From NCBI RefSeq assembly GCF_041146345.1, contig NW_027191402.1, forward strand, positions 310,001 through 374,000: DNA of 64,000 nt. Reading direction: 5' to 3'. The position numbers were made by a program, and so were the translations under genes. Positions 50,548 through 62,318 of the stretch are shown in pieces. Within the stretch, counting starts at the first letter, position 1; each line of letters begins with the position of its first letter. This stretch comes from Neodothiora populina (lineage: Eukaryota). The notes beneath the pieces were generated by a model. That model was not told the origin of the DNA and searched no databases. It saw nothing but the letters and a program-made list of their open reading frames with translations.

Positions 50548-52150
50548 GACGGACCACTCGAAACTGACAGTCGCCATTGTAAGATTTTCGTGCCATGCCT
50601 GCACCGAACAGCATGGCATGTCAGAGACATGAGCGATTGAGAGACTCGGCACTAACAAGAGCCTCAGGGAGATTCCTGACTCGAGGCATGTGGTAAACGT
50701 CCAGACCGTTACTGCAAATGACGATACCGCATGACAGTGGTATACCTAGGAAGCCAGGGCGACGACTCATCACGACCGTTGGCTATGTTATCCCACGACG
50801 GACATGATCGTCGGCCACTCCGTGGAGCCATGGCGTTTGTAGGCTTTTCGGTTGTTTCTACCCATGCGCATCTGTCTGTGCACCTTGTTTTGAGAAGGGC
50901 ATGAGGCTGGCGCCAAGCTTTCACGAGGGTCCGACAAGCCTATGTTGCCAAGGAGAGTCATCATGCAAGTTCAGGACAGATCCGGCGGGCCCACTCTACT
51001 CTATCTGGATATCACAACCCCGCAAACCATCATCGGGCAGTCTAATGCGAGATGGGGCTCTCGTGTGCGTCGCTTGCTACGACTGACCTCGAGTCGGTGG
51101 AGGCAGCACTCTCGTACAGATGAACGTGCATCGATTCAGAACAAAAAAGTACCACAACGTCTCATGATTAAATCCTCACTCTCCATATCCTTGCTCATCA
51201 TACCCTTGCTCTTCCACGTGCATGTCGATCCACCTGACGTACTGTTGGTACCTTGAGAGGTAAGCAGCTCCTCTGTACAGGACGAGGTAAGATACTTTAC
51301 CCTCTTTGGGACACAGTGACGTGCACGGAGGTTTATTATGGCATTAGGGGCTCGGCTCTGGTATACTTTGGGTCACATAGAACCACTCCCTGATTACCCT
51401 ACCTCACCAAGTGAAATGCTTTATACTCAGCGCAGACACGTTCTGCAATACGTCTGAAACGTATCTTAAACAATCATGATGGCTAAAAGTCGATAGAATC
51501 TGCGACACCGGGGTGCAGCTATCAATAGAGAACAGGACACAGACCACGAAAGCTTGCCGGCCAGATGCGAAAGTCAAGACCGATCAATAACAAGGTGTGG
51601 TAAACGGTGTGCATCACGACAAAAAGGTTTATAGAAGGTAAACTTAGCGTCGCGGAGAAGTGCCGTCATCGGAAATAGCACAAGGCCTTTTCGGATAATG
51701 CAGGCTAAAAAGCAAACACGTGCGGTTTCCCTGTCTTGCGACGACGGTGCGACCGCGAAGAGTTGCCCTATGACCCCGGCCAGACTTGCTGTGAATCTAT
51801 TCAATCATACCTTACCTTTTACCCCCCCCCCCATGCTGCCACCACCTGCTAGAATTTATACGCTAATCGTGGGAAGGGAAAATGGTACGTCGGCAGCTGA
51901 AGGCGGTTTTCCGATACAAAGCCTATATATGTCGTGACGCTTGCCTGCCCACGATCTATGATCCATGATCTATGATCTATATCCATCGGAGAGCCCGGAC
52001 TTAGTGCAGCAGCTCTACCACAAGAAGCTTCAGTGTAAGGTGTGGATATGATCAGATTGAAACGGATGGACACACCACCGCTTTTCTTCTTTTCTTGCAC
52101 ACGCTTATCTGAGCCTTGTTACTACGGCGCTGAAACGAGAAAGAACAATC

Positions 52151-52732
52151 TCACGACTGCGTCAGATCTGTGATTAAGATGTCATGATCTTGGGGATTCT
52201 GCCCGGCCGCTGCAGTGATACGACGGCGTTTAGTTCTGTTTGTCGTCGCTCCTCTCGTGATTACACTCGTGTTGTTCGCGGAGGCTGCTGCTGCTGCTGC
52301 GGTTGCTGCGGCTATCTGTGCCTTTTCGACTTCATTAGTCCATTTACTCAGCACAGCGTCTTCGGCTGGATTCTCTAGACTGTGAAAGGAAGCATGATGG
52401 TTGCATCCGTCACATTCAAATGAAGCAGCGGCCTGGTGAGAGCAGTGACACGTTAGTACCAAACAACAAAATGTCCTGCAACTAATTTGATCGTGCAATG
52501 CTTGTTTGATTGGGTTTTCTGGGTAGCTGTCCAAGTACATGTCGAGCTACATGCATTATCAAGCTCTGTTATGACATTTTGTCTCGATCCTTACCTTGAC
52601 TGGGTGAAGCATGAAGCGCAAACATGGACATGTGCCGGATATGATGCCATTGCGGAATCCGCATGGCCCCCTCGGAGGGATATAGTTCATCGAGCTCCAC
52701 ACACTATTCGCTGGGACATTGAGGGCTGCCAT
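52151..52732 (-). CDS. Small hypothetical Cys/His-rich protein; exons 52732-52595, 52432-52151
   Basis: A GTAAGG..CTAAC..CAG intron gives PPRGPC..CPCLRFMLHPVKAAASFECDGCNHHASFH. Confidence 0.75.
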
Positions 52733-53119
52733 GGTTCTTGCGAGGGAATCGAGCCGTGTGCGCGAGAGACTTCAGCAAGGATCGACGTATAGCATTGGTG
52801 GTTGATTTGGGTTTGAGTGTCCAATCATGGCGAGGTCAATACTTTTAATCTGTCCATATCGATCAATAGTTCGTGTTAGATGTGTTGTAATGGCACGAGG
52901 AATAGAAGAGAGGCGGAAACGACCTCACGTGACCTGACCTTCGGCTTGACTTTGTTTCTGTCTTGCTGTAATACAACGTCCAAGCCGGGGATGTCTGAGC
53001 TTCCCGTCCGCGTCTACAGTACAGTTACATTGCTGAATGCTTGATCTTGCGCCGGGACATCACAATCACCACTTTTTGTCTTCTACCACTCAGTCAGAGT
53101 GTGTCCAGAGTAATTCAGG

Positions 53120-53964
53120 ATGCCTAAATATAAGTACTCGTCCTCCGAAGTTTGTCGCATTGTGTACTGACATTCTTAGCACTCTTCTGTAGGTTTCCAC
53201 GCCATGGACTATGCGACTGGTGAGGGCAAGACCGAAAGGAATGGAACTAACACACCACCTTGCCAGGCGATTATTGCGATGTCTACCTCACTCACGACTC
53301 GATGAGCGTGCGAAAGGCCCATAACAGCGGTCGCAACCACCTGCGAAACGTAGTCGACTATTACCAACGTACGGGGACAACCAGCTTGACAGATTATGCA
53401 GTGTTTCTGACTTTGGACATGTAGAGATCGGACACGAAAAGGCACAATCAGTGATTGATTCCATCACTGCATCATACACAGATGCGGGACAAGCCAGTCA
53501 GAACCCCATGCTCCCTGGGAATGGACCTATGGGCGCTGGAGGTTTCGGTGGCATGCCTCCGTTTGGCTTCCCTCCCGGTGGTACGCTATACAAATCGCAT
53601 TGCATACTTTCATATGTAGGAACTAACGCCGTCATCAGGTATGCCGCCTCCACCTTTCGGTGCAGCTGGAGGCCCTCCTGGACCCGCTGGACGAGGCATG
53701 CCTCCCTTCCCATTTCCTCCCACCGGCATGCCATTCCCTCCACCAAACATGCCGTTCCCACCTCCGATACCCGGCGCCGCAGGCTCGCCGCCCGCAGGAA
53801 TGCCCTTCCCCCCTCCCGGAGCACCTGGGGCTCTTCCCTTCCCACCACCGAACATGGCTGGCGGAGTACCCTTCCCTCCCCCGAACATGGGCGGACCTAG
53901 CCCGATACCCGGCGCACCGATCGCACCTCCTTCCGGTGCCAGTCTGGATCCCAGACGGCAATAG
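53120..53964 (+). CDS. YHC1: U1 snRNP protein C; exons 53120-53129, 53183-53188, 53267-53368, 53425-53580, 53639-53964 (intron 1 is AT-AC)
   Basis: Spliced product is [53 protein letters not shown] (matrin-type zinc finger) plus a Pro/Gly/Met-rich tail. Confidence 0.95.
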
Positions 53965-54572
53965 ACGAAGCGCGCTTGTTTCTGCTTAGCGACTAGAACA
54001 TGGGGAACAGCGGTCTGTCGGTCTCTGATGGACTGGGAGGCAATGGGGTCATGGGCGGCGTTCAGGCGATGATATTGGGACATGCAAAGCCACGGCTGGA
54101 AAGACATTCAAAAAAGGGCGTCATGAGGATTTGCGCAGGGAAAGAAAAGGATTGTAGAAATAAGAGAATAGAGCTTCTGCTTCGAGCAAGAGTGGGCAAT
54201 GGGCGCCTTGCAAGAAAGATTACCACTGTCCTTGGACGGATGATGTGATTCATATGTCTAGCTGCTTTATATGTGTCGTGCTCAATCTCATCTGCGATCC
54301 AAAATACTCGTGACACAGTCAAGTATGTCACACCAACACTACTTACTGTATGGCAAGAGTACCTCAAAGGCGAGCCATAACGACGCCAAGCTACTGTACT
54401 GTACGGAGACTGTAGTTCTACTGTATCTTACCCCAGAGCTCGTCTTCGGAGCCCGGAAAATGACATTTGAGACAGACACTCAGGCCCGTCGATAAGATAA
54501 GCTACTCTTGGCTGCATGCATTCCCTCTGGTGGTGTAGTTACTGCTGCATGTGACGTCTATTGTTCTTGGTC

Positions 54573-54594
54573 TATACATATTTATATATATACA

Positions 54595-54625
<31 letters not shown>
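54573..54625. repeat. Imperfect (TA)n microsatellite
   Basis: Read directly from the sequence. Confidence 0.9.
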
Positions 54626-54629
<4 letters not shown>

Positions 54630-54853
54630 TTATACGACAGCATTGAACTGCAATACGAACTGCAGTCTCTGGCTTGGAAGACTACGGAGCCTTGAACCTG
54701 CTGTATCTCTAGGGATCAAACAACGACCGATCCCGAGGCTCGACTGTAGTTCCGAGGGTGTCTGTTGCAGGTGTATCGACTTACGATACCGCTATAACGA
54801 TACAACGAGGAAAAGAGTGAGACCAGAGGATAAGAACCCAGAACAAAAACACA

Positions 54854-56828
54854 ATGGCGACCGGGCAGTTCAGATCGAGCGCCATCGAGGCTGTATATAT
54901 CTTCAACGAACACAAGTAATGTCACACCCTCTTTGTTTTCTTATCACTATATCTCCTTTCCCCTCGTTGCATAGATCTGTGTATGGAAATATAAATAGAG
55001 GCTGACGACTCGTCGAATCAACAGTACTCCCATCCTATCCCATATCTACACGGGCCGACCACCGCCGCCTTCAGTAGTGCTACCCCAATACCTCTCCCAT
55101 GCAGCTCCGAGGCCGTCGTGCATCTATCTACCGAACACCAACCCTCCGACGCTGTTGTTCTCCATAGTCCAAGACAACCTGCTTTTCCTCTGTCCATCCT
55201 CGACGGAAGTCGAGCCGCTGCTGGTCCTGGAGTTCTTACATCGAGTCGCCGATGCTCTAGAGGAGTTTCTCGGGGCGCCGTTGCTTGCTAGTAGGATAGA
55301 GAGCAGCTACGATGTCGTTGCGCAACTCATGACGGAGGTGTGTGATGCGGGACTCATTGCGGGCACAGAGGCAAATGCGCTCAGGGATGCTGTCGAGACG
55401 CCTACTTGGATGGGGAAGCTGCTGGGTGGAGTTGGTCTTACTGGGTAATTTCTTTTCTTTCTAGTGGTTTGCAGAAGAAAGGACTGACGCGGATCTATAC
55501 AGCACGCCTCCCGCCCTGAACTCTTCATCAGCAGGTATAGCCGGCCTGAGCAATCCTTCCCTGACGAACCCGGCTTTGTCCAGTGCCGGCTCACAGATCC
55601 CCTGGCGCCGCTCGAATGTACGGCATACAAGTAACGAGTTATATGTCGACCTCGTCGAGACGATATGCGCAATCTTTGCTCCATCGGGCCGTCCATTATC
55701 GGCGTTCGCGAACGGCAGCATCGCATGCACGTCCAAGGTCTCTGGGGTGCCTGATCTGCTTCTCACACTCACGACGGGCGGCAGCGGCGGTGGAGCCGCA
55801 GGAGGCGACAAGGGGACAAAAGTACGCAGGACGATGGAACGGCCGGTTTTCCATCCGTGTGTGAGACTCGCCCGATGGCGTGAGCATGGAGAGCTGAGTT
55901 TCGTACCTCCCGACGGACGCTTTGTCCTCGCAGGGTACGAAGTCGACCTTTTGGATTCTGCAGCTATCTCTTCGCCCTTTGATGCCAAAGCCTCGACTCT
56001 TAATCTTCCGGCATCAGTCGAGGTCAAGACCGGTCTTGGAGCTGCAGGGCTGGACTTCGAAGTCCGACTCACAGTCAACCACCGCTCTTTCTCTACAGGC
56101 GCAGCAGGCAGCGGAGGAGGCAGCGGTGGATCCAGCAGCAGTATCGGTAACAACGGCCTCGGCTCCGCCCAAGCCAGTCTATCAAACCATCTCGGAAGAC
56201 CAACAGTCGCCGGAGTCCGCTCGCTATCAGGCGACTCGAAACAGCCCCTCATCGAAGACGTGACGGTAACGATCCCTATCCCGACCACAGTGCGAAGCAT
56301 CAGCGACCTGCGACCAAGCAAAGGCGAAGCGCACTGGTCTCCAGGCGACACGGCGGTGGAATGGAAGCTCAACGCCAAACAAGTCGCGACTCTCAATTCA
56401 TCCGCAGGCGCAATCCTCCGCTGTTCCGTCGTCGGCGCAGCAGATGACGACGAAGACGACGAGAACGAAGACTCGCAAGGCGGCGCATTGAGGCTAAGCA
56501 ACGGCGTCAAAGCAGACACCTACGACTACGACGACGGCGACGCCGCACCCCTTCTCCGCCGTCCACAAAATCCAACAAGTCCGCACCCGCACCAGACGCC
56601 ATGCAAAAACAGCGCCAGCAAAAACAGAAACAGCGCCAGAACGCCATCCTGATGCCCACGTCGGCGAGTCTGGGCTTCAGCGTCAAAGGGTGGTTGGCGA
56701 GCGGATTGAGAGTCGACGGGCTGATCATCGATACGAAACGGAGTAAAGGCATCGGAGAGGGACTGAGGCCGTATAAAGGCGTCAAGTATCTGACTGTTTC
56801 CAAGGGCGGGGTCGAGGTTCGTTGTTAG
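54854..56828 (+). CDS. APM3: AP-3 adaptor complex mu subunit; exons 54854-54915, 55025-55444, 55503-56828 with an apparent frameshift near 56550
   Basis: IEAVYIFNEH, LEFLHRVADALEEFLG, IPWRRSNVRHTSNELYVDLVE, FHPCVRL..SFVPPDGRF, and the C-terminal ASGLRVDGL..PYKGVKY in a shifted frame. Confidence 0.85.
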
Positions 56829-57638
56829 TCGTTTCTGTTTTTCTTTACTATAGGCGACGACGATGATGTTGTGCAAGTGCGAGGGGAAAGGGCTGCCTTT
56901 GTGGTATTGATGAACACAGTCGGAAGAGAAGCGGCAGAGTCTAGACTGTCTTGCTCTTCTGTGATAGGCAGACAGGCAGCATAGCGGATCACAGCATGAC
57001 ACAGCATATAGTAATGGCGAGCAGGGATACACAATCAATCCATGACAGATAGCGTGGATTCTGCGATGATCATGTCCATACATGACGACCGTCAATCCAT
57101 CCATCCAGGCAGTCACGGACACGCTCATCAACATGATACACATGATCACGATAAACGAGTCCAAACAAAGAAAAAGACTCAAATAGACGTGATTTTACAC
57201 GACTCACCGTCCTGGGGACGGCCATAACGACAAGTCTGGCGAGGAGCAAAACGGACGGGCGGGTAGACCTGAAGCGGGAGTAGTGAGGGTACCTTGGTTA
57301 CAACGAGGGAGGCGTAAGCCAGAGCAAGCTTGGCCTTTGTTAAGACCAGGAGCAGGAGCAGGACCAGTGAGCAGGGCTAGAAGGGTCTCAGATATTCTCT
57401 ATTCTCTTCACAGCTCTTCGAAACAGGGCAGACAGACGCGAAGAGATGCAGAGGAGACGAACGAGAAGAAGAAAACAGATGCCCCCCTCTTCTCTCATCC
57501 TCTCCATCCTTTCCCACCGCTCTTATCCTTTAGTATCCGACGCTATCCTCCCGTCCTTTCAGTGTCCTCCACTCATCTCCCCTTTCCTCTCTGTTGCTCA
57601 AGCCAATTGATAACCGAAACGAGTACGGTAAGGATTAT

Positions 57639-58506
57639 CTACAGAGTCTGGCCCTGAGAAGCAGCTCTCTGGTCCTCGAGCTTGGCGTAGAACAAATCGC
57701 GACGGCGGACGGCGGGGACGTGGTAGCCTTTTTCGTGTCGTTGCGCATCAGTACTCTTTTTCCTTCTATTGATTCATGACGGAACTTCTTCGTCGGTTTG
57801 ACTTCCTGGGTGTGGAGAAATATGGAGTCGGGGGTATGTGATCAGGGGATTATGGATGGCAGAGGGGGAAGAGAAGAGAAGACGGTCACTCACCGTACCA
57901 CCAGAGGTATCCGGCGGAGGAACCGAGGCCGAAGGCCACGCTTAGGTCGAGGACGAGGCCTCTGCGGAGCATCTGTATTTTCAAAAAGGTGTCTGGTCAG
58001 CCAAACTGGTCTTTCCTTCCTGCCTTTTCTTTCGGTTTTTTTCTTTTTTTTTTCTGGGAGTGGTGGCTGGCGTCTGCCTGTGTGTGGTGCTGTCGGATGC
58101 TGGAATCGTCGTCGCTGGGGGCTGCCGCTGCGAGGTCGTTATCCTCGTCCTGCCGTGCCCTTTCCGGCCAGGCCAATTGAGTCGTGTTTATATCCATATC
58201 ATCCTGTCCAAATCGATCCAACCCCCTCCTCTTACCCGTCGCATTCGCCGAATCGACTCCATTATACATGCCTCTCTTTCTCGCAGGGAAACCCATGCTA
58301 GATTCCGCAGCACCACAAACCCACTTAACCACCACAACCCAAGAAACACCACTGGCTGATCCAAATGCCGCCACAGCAGCAAGGACAGACAGACAGGAAG
58401 CCAACGCCGCACCCTCACCACTTGCCGCGAAAAGGCTAGGCTAGGCTCAAAGAAAGAAAAAAGAAAAAAGAGAGACACATACACCAGTAATAGGCTTAAT
58501 GGCCAT
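57639..58506 (-). CDS. COX9: Cytochrome c oxidase subunit VIIa (Cox9); exons 58506-58483, 57972-57894, 57727-57639
   Basis: Not in the ORF track. Spliced product is MAIKPITGMLRRGLVLDLSVAFGLGSSAGYLWWYGYHVPAVRRRDLFYAKLEDQRAASQGQTL. Confidence 0.93.
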
Positions 58507-58882
58507 TTCTTCCGTTCCGTAACTCTCAATGGGGATCGTCCCTCTAGTTGTATGGATTTACTTTTTCTGTGATTGCGCAAAGATACACAATCAACAAGGT
58601 CGATGGTAGTGGGTTGGCGGCCAAAGGTAAGGTGGTGTGTGTGTGGAAGGTCAAGACTTGGTAATGCGTTGCTTCCGTCGTCGATGGATGGACGTCGGTA
58701 GGGCCGAGGACGGGCTCGCGCGGGCGGTGGTGGTCCTTGCACTGCTGTTGCGCTGCTATGCGACGCTCGCCCTGGTGATTTGTGCTGCTGCTGCTGCTTG
58801 ATGAGAGACGGCTTTCTCCGTGAAGCTGCAGGCAGCGCATTTCCTGGCGTGAGGATTGAAGGCCGTTTGCTGGGGTTGTGAT

Positions 58883-58910
58883 TGGCTGGCTGGCTGGCTG
58901 GCTGGCTGGC
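58883..58910. repeat. (TGGC)7 microsatellite
   Basis: Read directly from the sequence. Confidence 0.9.
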
Positions 58911-59409
58911 TTTGGTTAACTTGCTTTACTTTCATCATTATACAGTCCTCTTGTGGGATGGTAGAGTTGTAGGTGTTTATCATTGCATCTTTTCCCGTAT
59001 CATTGTCTATCTTGTGATTATGATCATTCTTGCTATTGTTCATAGCACATCGGTGGAATGGACCGAACAAATGCTTGCATTTCTCATTGGTTTGATATAT
59101 AAGTGTCTCTACTCGACACGGTTACCGTGACTCTCAATCCGCGTCATGGGCTTCGTGCATCCTGTCTCGTCGTGTCTCATTCGCTGCGACACACATGGAT
59201 TGCTTCGGAGTATCGTCATTGCCTTTGATTGGCTCGACTGACCCAAATGCCTTGACTGCCGCCTTGAACGCCTCGAGTACCATAGACTACAACAAGGTCG
59301 TCAATGTTCAGGCTTGCTTATGAGCCTCCACCGTCCTCTCAATCTGCCCCCCTTTCCTGCCACCGCAGCGTCTCGTCTCCCCTTCTTTTCTGCCGACAAA
59401 AGCACTTCC

Positions 59410-61475
59410 TCAAAGACCAATGCCCTTGACTCGCTTAGCAAGTTGGTCTCCTCCATCATCATCGCCGTAGCCGCCATCGCCAGCAGCAGCATCAGCATAA
59501 GGGCTCGGGCGCTTCCTCGGTCTATCGCCGCTCATGTCCAATATCGTCAACAGCGTCTTCCAGCCTAATCGCACCATTCACACATAAACGTCAGTAATCA
59601 AAACCACGGCGGTTTTTTCAGATTTCTACATTTCAAGGATCGTTTGCAGAGTGGCCCAACCTGGTGTTTGCTGCAGCGCTGCACCGAGATTGGTGTCCTT
59701 GGTCGTCGCCACTTGGCAAAGGAGAGATAGTTCGTCCTGTGAAGTGAGATCAGTAAATGACTTGAAACATCAATCACGTGTGTCCTTCATACCTCGCTCA
59801 GCACGCCCATGCCCTGGATAAAGCACAACAGATGGAAGTCGGACAGCTTCGTGGTTCCCTCGGGTCGGTCTAGTCGTGCACCACTACCGAGTATCTTTCG
59901 AAGGTTGCGCGGCTCCTGCGTCTGGCCGACAAGTTCTCGGTTCTCTACGGTGAAGCTGGCGTCGTTGGCGAAGACCGGCTTTGCCTGGTCTGGAAAGCCG
60001 TGGGTCAGAGTGACGAGAAGATACTCGACCGGAAACGAAGGTTTGGCATTTTCTTGCACGTTGGCTCCATACTCGTTGATTTTCCGATAGAAGACTTCGG
60101 GGATGTATCGTGTGCGTCCAATGTCCTTTTCCTCGTCCTCATCCTGCACCAGCATGACGTTTGGGTCCGCCGAGGGCTCGACAATGTCGGCGCGCACCAT
60201 CTCAACGGCCGAGTCAGACGCCTGGTAAGCGGCGACGGCGATGTGATCCTCGTCGTCGCCGGAAATGACACAGGTAACAAAGTTGGAGCCAAAATAACCA
60301 GTCTCGCTCCATTTGGAAGGTCGGGGGTATTTGGCTTGATATCTCGAGGCGAATTGGATCTCCAGAGAAGAGAGAAAGTACGAGTCGATGTGGCGCTTGC
60401 ACACGACGGTGGCGTCGCCGGCATTGCTGTCAATGAGATCAGTAAAGATGACACCAACCCTCGTCAGGCCGCACAGGCTGGCCACGCGATCGACGTCGGC
60501 CTCGTTCTCCCACTGCGTAAGTGTGACCCCATCCAGTTCATCGACTTGGGGTGGCTCGTAGATGGCTTCCACGACCGCCTTTGTGCCCAATGGGATTGCG
60601 GTGTATTCTTCGTAGCGACCGTACAAAAAGCCTATTCTCTGGGTGCCAGAGTTGCGCCAAAAGTCCAGGATGGTGTTTATGATGGAAGGCGACGAGAACT
60701 CGACGTGATCGACCATGCGGTAGGGTTGCGGTTGCAGACTGATGGCGCTGGGCTGGCACTTGGAGCAGATTCCGGCGGGGAAAGGCTTGTGGCCCGAGGG
60801 GCAGTCGGGGCGGACACGATAATACGGCTCGGACAGCGGAGGCATGTAGGAGCTGCCAGACTCGTACTTGTTCTTGCCCTGGTTCAGCTTGCGGAGGTAT
60901 GCATGATAAGACAGGTGTTTGATCTTGTGTTCAGCCAGGTATTCAGCGTTGTAAGGCTCGAGAGGCATGCAGTAGTCACACATGCCCTTGGGGCCGTGTC
61001 TACACATCTTTGCGTCCTTGGGTCTGTGAATCTTGCCATCCTTGTTGTCTAGAGCGTCGTCCAAAGGCAGCTGCTTTACAGAGTCCCAAGGGTTCTTGAT
61101 GAGCTTCTGAGCGGCGGCGGACGGGGTGGAGAAAGCGACGCTGGCATCTTCTGCGGCGCTGACTTGCTTGCCATTCAATCTGTTTGCAGTGACAGGGTGA
61201 GCCTCGGCTTGTGCGGACGACGGAGGCTGTTGTTGGGTAAAGTCAAGAAAGATCTGATCGCCATGCTTCATGCCGAGGCGCTGGAACGTGACTCCCTGCA
61301 GACTCTGGATGGATCGAGAATCTCCGCCATGGCGTTGCGGACTGATAGTCACCGAAGCCGGGTCTGTGTCGGCAGGGAGCTTCTCGAGTGTCTGGGGCAG
61401 GATGGAAGCAATGTCTGCCGACGAGTCGATGTCTAGACGGAACTGGCCATTGCGGCTCTGGAATCTGAGTATCAT
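59410..61475 (-). CDS. NPL4: Cdc48 cofactor Npl4; exons 61475-59793, 59736-59661, 59564-59410 (long form) or 59736-59626 (short form)
   Basis: MILRF N-terminus, zf-NPL4 ([28 protein letters not shown]), [10 protein letters not shown] and [15 protein letters not shown]. Confidence 0.95.
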
Positions 61476-62318
61476 TGTATTGATGATGTTGTTGGTGCAA
61501 ACGTGAGAGTGGGAGAATCAAACAGAGATGGAAGCAGTTTGTAGTGGAGAGGTGAAGTTGATTATTGATCGTCTAGAATCGTCTGTCAGGTGTTGCCTCG
61601 TGATGATGACAAGACTGTTGTGGCGATGGGAATATGTGTTTTCTGATTATTTCATCACTGTATCTCTGGAAGGTTCATGGTGCACTTGTTTCATCCAAGG
61701 ACGCACAGTACGATTGAATGAGCCGAATATAACGGAAAGTGATTGTGATAATGTCAAGGTCATGTAACATGAGATACAGTAGTGCTACGGCAGCGGTGAC
61801 GTGCCGTTCTTGATTTTGTTGTATCCCCCTCAGGCCTGTACTGTATCGAGCTCCCTCGCACTTAAATGGAGTTTGGTGAAAGCGAGGCTTATCCGGCTGC
61901 GAAGAGTGCGCAGTACAAAGTCATAATTAACTGTTGCTCGCAGTTGAATCCCGGAGTAGACACGTTGGAGTAAGAAGAAGCTCGAGCCCGTAGCCCGTAG
62001 GGACGCTTTTTGGTAGTGTACAGGAAAAAAGAAGAGAGCAGTACAATAATACTTTACTACAACCACTCTAGAAGTGTACAACTTGGAACTCCAAACCCTT
62101 TGCACTATACACGCGAATCTCCAAAAAAAGAAACAGTACATCTGTCCACATCAAACGCCAACATCCCATCCCACATCTGGCTTGGATAACAAAACACTCC
62201 TTTTGCGCCCACAAGTCATGCTACGGTAGATCGACAACCCTTGCGACAAAAAGACAGACCAGATACTGCCCAGAATAAAACACACAAGTGCTCCTGACCA
62301 AAAGACAAGTCCGCAACA

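Noticed and set aside
51953..51982. (GATCTAT)4-like short tandem repeat
   Set aside because: Ordinary 3'-flank slippage repeat with no associated structure.
53130..53182. Minor (U12) spliceosome intron interpretation of the AT-AC intron
   Set aside because: It lacks the ATATCC donor and TCCTTAAC branch point. Both signals are U2-type.
55461..56519. Long antisense ORFs (also 60000-61052, 33990-34610, 35913-36611, 19970-20638)
   Set aside because: These are shadow frames of GC-rich real genes on the opposite strand.
57997..58404. 135-aa minus-strand ORF
   Set aside because: It lies entirely within COX9 intron 1, and its composition is explained by the low-complexity hairpin arms.
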